Part shown: one piece after another, positions 57,967 to 64,000 of the stretch | Layout of the letters: each line of letters begins with the position of its first letter | Numbering within the stretch: the first letter of the stretch is position 1 | Source of the DNA: Oligoflexales bacterium | GTDB taxonomy: Bacteria; Bdellovibrionota_B; Oligoflexia; Oligoflexales; Bog-1112 | Assembly: GCA_045106415.1 (NCBI GenBank) | Contig: JBGCEP010000006.1 | Coordinates: 8,687 to 72,686 of the forward strand | DNA length: 64,000 nt | Reading direction: 5' to 3' | Program-made: the position numbers and the translations under genes | The notes under the pieces: generated by a model | Seen by the model: the letters and a program-made list of their open reading frames with translations, nothing else | Databases searched by the model: none | Told to the model about the DNA's origin: nothing

Positions 57967-58317
57967 CTAGACTACCCATCCCGATATGGATAGTTTTTCG
58001 AATCCCTTGAATTTAAAATCTGGTGAGAAAAGAGCTGATTCCAATTTTTTTAAAGTATTGATTTGATTTGCAATTAAAGTTGAAGCAAATGATAACTCTT
58101 CATGTTTAGACAGTAATAAAGCATTCATTAGAACGAGAATTATTGAAGGTCTGCCATCTTTCATGATGATAAGGGCGCCTGCGATTTGCGTTGAACTTAG
58201 GTAATTTGGCTTCATATATGTATGAAGGTTTAAAACGTCTCGGCAATCCAAAACCCTAGGTGGAAAGGAAATGAATCGATGACTGTTCTTATAGCTTTTT
58301 ATAATGCTTGATGTCAT
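57967..58317 (-). CDS. Hypothetical protein
   Basis: 116 aa ORF in an intergenic gap; no recognisable motif. Confidence 0.35.
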   Translation of the reverse strand: MTSSIIKSYKNSHRFISFPPRVLDCRDVLNLHTYMKPNYLSSTQIAGALIIMKDGRPSIILVLMNALLLSKHEELSFASTLIANQINTLKKLESALFSPDFKFKGFEKLSISGWVV

Positions 58318-58661
58318 TAGTGTTTCATTTTCTTAGAAAGAGTTATTGAGATAAATCCAGAGAAAAAGAAGGTGTCGTAGTTATGAGGTGTAACAATTTG
58401 AAAAGTAAGAGTATTTATCGGAGTCACCAAAGATCTAAGCGAGGTTATTGGTCCAGTGTATCATTTTTGACTTGAAACATACTTTTAAGGTTTAGTCTTA
58501 AACAGTTTTCAAACCTGATCGAGTTATGATTGAAAGATTTAAAAAGAACTCAGAAGCTCAGTGGACCAAGCAAGAAATTGAGTCATTCAATGAACTTAAT
58601 ATTTAAATACACTTTTTCACTGAGCTTTTTTTATTATGATATTGGTGATTTGATTGTTTTA

Positions 58662-58689
58662 TTGACAATTTTTTCAAATACATTAAGAT
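58662..58689 (+). promoter_or_regulatory. sigma70-like promoter for the MFS-queD genes
   Basis: TTGACA-N16-TAAGAT. Confidence 0.45.
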
Positions 58690-58752
58690 TACGATCTTTT
58701 GTTTGGCCCCAAGTTGCTTTAGATCCCACCTAAATGAATATGAAGAGGCATC

Positions 58753-59943
58753 ATGAATATTACTCAAGCATTACTCTTATTGACGCCTATGGTTCTTCCT
58801 GGTTCGATGGCTATGGACCTTTATTTGCCAGCTGTTTCAGACATGCCTACTTCGTTGGGTACAACTGCGAGTATGATCCAATGGACCATGAGTATTTTTT
58901 TGATTGCGCAGGGTACAGGGCAGCTTCTTCTCGGTCCTGTTGTTGATAGATGGGGGCGTCGCCTTACGGCGTTGATTGCAATGATGCTGTTTGGTGTTTC
59001 ATCTGTGTTTTGTGCGCAAGCTGCTCACGTAGAATCTTTGATTTTTTGGCGGGCTTGGCAGGCTGTTGGCGCTTGTGGAACTCAGATTGCCGCTTTTGCT
59101 ATTGTGAGAGATTGCTTTACTGGTTTGGATAGAGAGAGACTTTTTCGTTATCTTGCAGGCTCTGTCGCTCTGGCCCCAGTTTTGGCCCCAGTTTTTGGTA
59201 GTTTTCTGAGTGATGCTTATGGGTGGCGCTCTTGCTTTTGGGGACTCGCTGTTTTTGCAGGAGTTGTGTTTTTGATTCTATATAAAAGTCTACCTGAAAC
59301 AATATCAGCGCCTCTGCCTATAAGTTCATTTTTTCAGAGTGTATCTTCAATTTTGAGCCATAAAGAATTTTTGGCTTATAGTATTTGCGCAGGAGTTGGT
59401 GTTGGTGCCTTTTTTACCTTTTTCTCTGTTTCTCCGGTGGTTTTGAGAGGAGTACTTGGGCTCAATTCTTTGCAGTACGCAACTTGTTTTGGTGGTTGTT
59501 CGCTTTGGTTTATGATGTTTAGTTTTTTGATTCCGAAAATTTTTCCTAATTTAGAAACATTTCCGGCTGTGCTCACAGGGAGTCGGTTTGTCCTGGTTGG
59601 TGGATTTTTAATGGGAATGACCCACTGGGTGTCGGGACCTTCTGTGGTGGGAACAATTCTTCCAATGTTAGTTGTGATGATTGGTGCAAGTTTTATCTTA
59701 GGCTCAGCTATTGCTGGCGCTATGGCGGATTTTCCTGATTCTGCAGGAACAGCCGCTGCTTTATATGGTTTAATTCAACTTTGTTTTGCATCATGTGCGG
59801 GACAACTTGCCATGATCTGGCCTGTGTCTTCGACCCTGCCGCTGGCGCTGGTGCTTGTTCTTATTGGAACAATTGGCTGGAAAGCGTGCTGTTTACTGAA
59901 AAAATCTTACCTGTCTGATGATTTAAAGAAAGCTACATTATGA
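58753..59943 (+). CDS. Bcr/CflA-family MFS efflux transporter
   Basis: AMDLYLPA, GPVVDRWGRR, AIVRD, LPET, AGTAAALYG. Confidence 0.92.
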   Translation: MNITQALLLLTPMVLPGSMAMDLYLPAVSDMPTSLGTTASMIQWTMSIFLIAQGTGQLLLGPVVDRWGRRLTALIAMMLFGVSSVFCAQAAHVESLIFWRAWQAVGACGTQIAAFAIVRDCFTGLDRERLFRYLAGSVALAPVLAPVFGSFLSDAYGWRSCFWGLAVFAGVVFLILYKSLPETISAPLPISSFFQSVSSILSHKEFLAYSICAGVGVGAFFTFFSVSPVVLRGVLGLNSLQYATCFGGCSLWFMMFSFLIPKIFPNLETFPAVLTGSRFVLVGGFLMGMTHWVSGPSVVGTILPMLVVMIGASFILGSAIAGAMADFPDSAGTAAALYGLIQLCFASCAGQLAMIWPVSSTLPLALVLVLIGTIGWKACCLLKKSYLSDDLKKATL

Positions 59944-60377
59944 TTACATTGACTCGATCGATTGAGTGGGATATGGGCCATCGTGTTCCAAATCATAACA
60001 ATCAATGCCGTTTTCCACATGGGCACCGCTATAAGCTAGAAGTCACGCTCTCTGGTGTCGTGAACCAAGATGAAGGAAATTCTTCTGAGGGTATGATTAT
60101 TGACTTCGGTGATGTTAAAGGTATTTTGATGTCTGAAATTCATGATGTACTTGATCATGGATTTATGGTTGCATCGACAGATCCGTTGTTTCAAACAGCG
60201 TGTGGTTTATCAGAAGAAGACCTTAAAGTGATTCGAATGCCTTTTATTCCTACCGCAGAAAACATCGTCGTGTGGTGTCATGAAACCTTAAAAAAAGCTT
60301 TTCATTCAAGTGACATTGTTGTTGAAATGTGCCGGCTGTATGAAACTCCGAAAAGTTGGGCAGATAGCCGAATTTGA
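59940..60377 (+). CDS. queD: 6-carboxy-5,6,7,8-tetrahydropterin synthase
   Basis: MGHRVPNH...CRFPHGHRY, IIDFGDVK, LDHGF, PTAEN, LYETP. Confidence 0.88.
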   Translation: MITLTRSIEWDMGHRVPNHNNQCRFPHGHRYKLEVTLSGVVNQDEGNSSEGMIIDFGDVKGILMSEIHDVLDHGFMVASTDPLFQTACGLSEEDLKVIRMPFIPTAENIVVWCHETLKKAFHSSDIVVEMCRLYETPKSWADSRI

Positions 60378-60396
60378 TTTCTTATGAGCTTATGCT

Positions 60397-60933
60397 CTAA
60401 GTATGCTGGGTCTGTTCGAAAGTTCCCAGATGATGATTCTTTTTTGCTTGGCCTGCTTTGAATACTTGGCTGTGGAAGCTAATATAACAGCCAGGTTGTA
60501 GTGTTTTTGCCAGCACAAGAGCTTCTGTTAGATTTTGCAGGCCGTCAGATTGTAAAAAACCCATAGGCCTCATAGCACCTGTAAAAATGACAGGGTGCTG
60601 AGGGTGAGGGATTTTTTTTGCAACCCACTCGGCTGTGATACTCATTGTGTCTGTGCCGTGGAGGATGATAACAGGGCGATGGCTTTGTTCTTTTAAAATG
60701 GTCTTGTAAATAGTGTCACGATCTACGTTTGTCATTTCTAAAGAGTCTTTGCTCAAAATAGGTATGACGTCAATGACTGTTGAAGGAAGTCTCAGGGACT
60801 CCCTGACGATTTGCCCTACAAATGTTTCACGATTTGCTAGAGAGCCATCGGACTCATCGTAGCTTTTTTCGATGGTTCCCCCGGTTGTCAACAGGGCAAT
60901 ATGCCATTTGCATTCCAGCATGTGTGACCTCAT
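60397..60933 (-). CDS. Short single-domain asparaginase
   Basis: TTGGTIEK, DSLEMT, HGTDTM, IFTGAMRP; no C-terminal domain. Confidence 0.85.
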   Translation of the reverse strand: MRSHMLECKWHIALLTTGGTIEKSYDESDGSLANRETFVGQIVRESLRLPSTVIDVIPILSKDSLEMTNVDRDTIYKTILKEQSHRPVIILHGTDTMSITAEWVAKKIPHPQHPVIFTGAMRPMGFLQSDGLQNLTEALVLAKTLQPGCYISFHSQVFKAGQAKKNHHLGTFEQTQHT

Positions 60934-61198
60934 AGTGAGACTCTTTGTTGGACCCTACTTGAGATAAAGCTTTGACAGCTTTTCCAGCCCAATGAGGAGT
61001 GATATCCCATAACCTGTGAAAACACAGTGCTGAACCTGTGCAAATCAAAGGGGCCGTCACAACTCCAGTCATAAACCATAACCAGGAGGTATCCATCCAG
61101 TGAAGGAAACCTACTCCAGCCGTTGCGACAACCATTATCATACTTAGTGTATATATAGCTAATCTAAGAATCACCAGGTCCTCCTTTGGGTTTATCAC
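60854..61198 (-). CDS. Small membrane protein (C-terminus overlaps the asparaginase gene)
   Basis: Two hydrophobic helices; sigma28-like motif upstream. Confidence 0.45.
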   Translation of the reverse strand: MINPKEDLVILRLAIYTLSMIMVVATAGVGFLHWMDTSWLWFMTGVVTAPLICTGSALCFHRLWDITPHWAGKAVKALSQVGSNKESHYEVTHAGMQMAYCPVDNRGNHRKKLR

Positions 61199-61207
61199 AC
61201 CCTACTA

Positions 61208-61234
61208 TATTCGGGTGCTGTGATGAGATCTTGA
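61208..61234 (-). promoter_or_regulatory. sigma28 (FliA)-like promoter
   Basis: TCAAGATC-N11-CCCGAATA. Confidence 0.4.
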
Positions 61235-61243
61235 TGTATTTTT

Positions 61244-62602
61244 TTAATCCCTTGAACTTAAAGGATTTTTTTCAAATACATAGTCTTTGTTTAAGTGTGG
61301 TGCTGGTGTTTGCTCTTGAAAAAGATTCTTTTCAACTGAGCGCCCACGTGTTTCTGGTACCTTAAGGTATACGTATGCAATGTGAGGGACTAAACAGGCA
61401 GCATAAAAGAGAAAAGTTGCCGATGGTCCTGCATAAGCGCTCAACATAGGGAAAGTTTGTGCGACAAGAGCTGTTGCAACCCACATGACTAATGTTGTGA
61501 GAGACATGGCTTTACCACGGATTGAAACAGGGAAGATTTCAGAAATAATCACCCAAGTGACAGGCCCTAGGGAGAAAGCAAAGCAAGCGAGGTATGTTCC
61601 TATTATGGGAATAAGAGGGAGTTGAGCCCACCCAGAAAGCGTTATACTGGCCAGAATTAGACAGAAACAAGCTCCGATTGAGCCTGTGAGCATAAGCGGG
61701 CGTCGACCCATAGTGTCAATTTTAAGGATTGCAGGTATTGTCGCCAGAACGTTGATAACACCAAGGGCTACGGTTGAGCTGAACCATGTATTGGATGCGA
61801 ATCCTGCATCGCTAAAAATTTTAGGCCCGTAATAAATGACAGCATTGATGCCGCTGAATTGAGCTGCGATAACAAGTAGAAAAGCCATGCCGATGGCTGT
61901 TTTATGTTCTTTGAGTTCACCAGTTGAAGTTTCTTGAGCGCGAATGCGTTGCAGTTCTGCTTTTCCTTCGGATTTGCCGAGAAGTTGTATCATCGTCTTT
62001 TTTGCTGTGGTTGGATCTTTTTTCCACAACCAACGAGGGCTTTCAGGGATGGTGAAAAGTAAAAGAAAGAATGTGAGAGCAGGGATCATTTCTGCGCCAA
62101 ACATCGTTTGCCACATACTGATACCGGGAAGATGAGAAAGCGCAGCGTTAGAAAGGTAGGCTCCTAGGATGCCTAATGTGATAGAAAGTTGCCATGTTGA
62201 AACTAGCCGGCCGCGAATAGCAGCAGGGGAAATCTCAGCAATATAAAGAGGAGCAACCATGGCTGCAACTCCAATTCCTATACCACCCAAGAAACGAGCT
62301 AAGATGAGAGGAATAAAAGTTGTTGCGACATAGCAAAAAGCTGCTGAGCTGAAGAAAAGAAGGCCGGAGATTTTTAACGAAGCTCGTCTCCCATAGGATT
62401 CACTAAGCCATCCTGAAAGAGCTGAGCCAAGAACTGAACCTAAAAGGGCAGAGCTTACAACGAACCCAAGCCCTTCAGGGCTAAGATTAAGAGTTTCCTT
62501 GAGTCGGAGAACTGTTCCTGAAATAACAGCTGTGTCGAACCCAAATAAGAAACCACCGAGTGATGCGATACATGCTAATGCAATAGTGCGGCGGCGCTGC
62601 AT
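61244..62602 (-). CDS. Sugar porter family MFS transporter (XylE/GalP-like)
   Basis: GGFLFGFDTAVISG, YGRR, YIAEISP..IRG, PESPRWL, QFSGINAVIYY, SEIFP, VPETRG. Confidence 0.95.
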   Translation of the reverse strand: MQRRRTIALACIASLGGFLFGFDTAVISGTVLRLKETLNLSPEGLGFVVSSALLGSVLGSALSGWLSESYGRRASLKISGLLFFSSAAFCYVATTFIPLILARFLGGIGIGVAAMVAPLYIAEISPAAIRGRLVSTWQLSITLGILGAYLSNAALSHLPGISMWQTMFGAEMIPALTFFLLLFTIPESPRWLWKKDPTTAKKTMIQLLGKSEGKAELQRIRAQETSTGELKEHKTAIGMAFLLVIAAQFSGINAVIYYGPKIFSDAGFASNTWFSSTVALGVINVLATIPAILKIDTMGRRPLMLTGSIGACFCLILASITLSGWAQLPLIPIIGTYLACFAFSLGPVTWVIISEIFPVSIRGKAMSLTTLVMWVATALVAQTFPMLSAYAGPSATFLFYAACLVPHIAYVYLKVPETRGRSVEKNLFQEQTPAPHLNKDYVFEKNPLSSRD

Positions 62603-62846
62603 AAGCCCCCTTTCATGTTTGTTGTAAAATAAGGTTGTGTGCATTGTAACTGTTTTAATAAAAATATTAAACGTGATTGTTGAGTTATCTTTGTGAGACT
62701 GTTTTTGCTGGTTGCTGTATAGGTATTTAATAAATTTTTTTTAGAATAAAATCAGAGGATAATTGAGTTGATTTCTATTGAAAGTGTCTAAATATAAAAA
62801 GGCCATTAAAAGTTTTGTGTCTTCTAAGATATTTTGATGAAATATC

Positions 62847-63392
62847 TTATGATCGGCACGATTGAAAGTCTTGAGGGGGAAGCTGTTTGAGTAGCTTTTT
62901 TAAAGCACCAACCGCATACCCTTGGTCGTAAAAGTATGTGATCTTTCCTTGTGGATTTAAGACAATAACGCGAGTGTTTTTTGGGTGTTTATTCCCTGTT
63001 ATTTTTAAAAGAACGGGACTGTCTTCATATATTGTAATGACTTGGCTCCATAAGCCCGAGGGAATGCCTTCACGCATCCCTTGATTAATCTTACTGGCAA
63101 ATAATTTTGCGATTCCATCTATAGCAGGGATTTCAAAAATCGGCGTTTTTAATTGATGGTCTGTGAAGGCAAGTAGCCAACGGTCAATATCGAACTGTGC
63201 ACCTTGATCATATCCAACCAAAAGTACAGCGTACTCTCCAGCGAAAGAGTCAGGAAGTTTAAAGTTATCTCCTTTAAGGCTTTGTCCTATTATTTTTGGA
63301 AAAATACTTCCTGTGGGGTTTTGATTTGGGTACGTTGTTTGACATGAGGCTTGAGTGTATAAAAAGATGAAGAGTAAAAATGCTTTTTTCAT
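62847..63392 (-). CDS. Thioredoxin-like-fold lipoprotein (ATP10-like), no CxxC
   Basis: Lipobox QASC; FPKIIGQSLKG..FKLP..FAG; QFDIDRW; VLNPQGKI. Confidence 0.65.
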   Translation of the reverse strand: MKKAFLLFIFLYTQASCQTTYPNQNPTGSIFPKIIGQSLKGDNFKLPDSFAGEYAVLLVGYDQGAQFDIDRWLLAFTDHQLKTPIFEIPAIDGIAKLFASKINQGMREGIPSGLWSQVITIYEDSPVLLKITGNKHPKNTRVIVLNPQGKITYFYDQGYAVGALKKLLKQLPPQDFQSCRS

Positions 63393-63581
63393 AAGTTCTC
63401 CAGTGGGTCATTCGTCTCTAATCATACTATAAGAGCTGATTTAAAAATGACTTGAATTCAAAAGTTTGCAAGAAAGATGTTAAGCGCTTAGTGGTGAAAA
63501 GCTCACCAAGTAAGTAGTATTCCTCCTTTTTGTATGATTTAGGCGCACCAATCCCTAAAAGGTGTGAATTCAACCGGCAAC

Positions 63582-64000
63582 TTAAAGTTTCATGAGCTGT
63601 TGTGAGGCCATGACAAGCAGGCCTAGGCTCAGTGATATCATGACTTCTTTGGCTCCCCTTACACTTAACTCTCTTTCTCCAAATGCATCTTTCAATAACT
63701 GTTTACATGTTCTGAAGATGAGCGAGATTTATATCTTTCTTTTTCAGGGGGAGGCATCTTTATTTTCTCATCTCTTCTTGGGTTGTGGTCAACAATCGGC
63801 ACTTTACCCTTACCTCTAATTTGAGATTTAATTGCGGCAGAATCATATGCTGCGTCCATCAATGAATAAAGACTATTGACTCTCTGAGAAGTCATCTCTT
63901 CCAAGGGGGTAGATGCTAGGCTGTCATGAACTGAAGCAGGTGTCAGAACTGTAGAGACTGGGATATCTCCATCAATTGTGTCTATATGAAGTTTGTAACC
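63582..64000 (-). pseudogene. DDE transposase (IS4/IS5/IS1182-like), 3' part, frameshifted; continues beyond the window edge
   Basis: GYKLHIDTIDGDIPVS..LTPASVHDS, LMDAAYDS, RYKSRSSSEHVNS; after a frameshift near 63696 it resumes LKDAFG...VRGAKEVM...QLMKL*. Confidence 0.85.

Noticed and set aside
58340..58635. 26-codon ORF (MIERFKK...) and a long-loop inverted repeat AAGCTCAGTG/CACTGAGCTT, as a possible sRNA or peptide
   Set aside because: More simply explained as a decayed gene end; the stem is short with a ~55-nt loop and has no other support
58696..58752. Possible preQ1 riboswitch upstream of MFS-queD (contains ATCCCAC)
   Set aside because: No proper P1 stem (only TGG/CCA) and no A-rich 3' tail; an Rfam search would settle it
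12001..62135. Many 60-160 aa ORFs nested in or antisense to long genes (e.g. 15272-15607, 28678-29151, 30842-31186, 48038-48301)
   Set aside because: They overlap confidently assigned genes and show no motifs; treated as shadow ORFs
63485..63515. Hairpin TGGTGA-AAAGC-TCACCA as a riboswitch
   Set aside because: Lies just downstream of the transposase remnant, probably part of the IS end; does not fit a riboswitch consensus I know
1..64000. CRISPR array, rRNA or prophage genes
   Set aside because: No regularly spaced direct repeats, rRNA signatures, cas genes or phage structural genes seen by eye

Overview
AT-rich bacterial chromosomal window. Gene content suggests a Bdellovibrionota/Oligoflexia-like (deltaproteobacteria-grade) organism; this is inferred from the mevalonate and futalosine genes, Glt-like TPR proteins, a myxobacterial-type Ser/Thr kinase and many secreted hydrolases. 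Housekeeping genes: galE, mvaA-mvk-mqnE, tmk-holB-ricT, rlmN, nfeD-SPFH-SPFH, queD and two MFS transporters. Highlights: (1) a 5'-truncated gasdermin-like gene at the left edge, tail-to-tail with a trypsin-like protease gene; (2) a tRNA-Leu(UAA) split by a 219-nt group I intron; (3) an AT-rich seven-gene CzcA-type efflux operon next to IS remnants, which embeds two proteins built from an unrecognised ~110-125 aa beta-rich repeat, an outer-membrane barrel and two hairpin-less adaptors; (4) a recurrent sigma28-like promoter in front of non-flagellar, mostly secreted-protein genes; (5) unusual fusions: pseudokinase-histidine kinase, REC-like/Hpt-like/CheZ-type tail, MqnE with a degenerate second barrel, NERD-helicase-CSD, and a signal-peptide-bearing class III aminotransferase. 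Four decayed IS remnants are present. No CRISPR array or rRNA was seen. All family calls come from reading motifs by eye, not from database searches.
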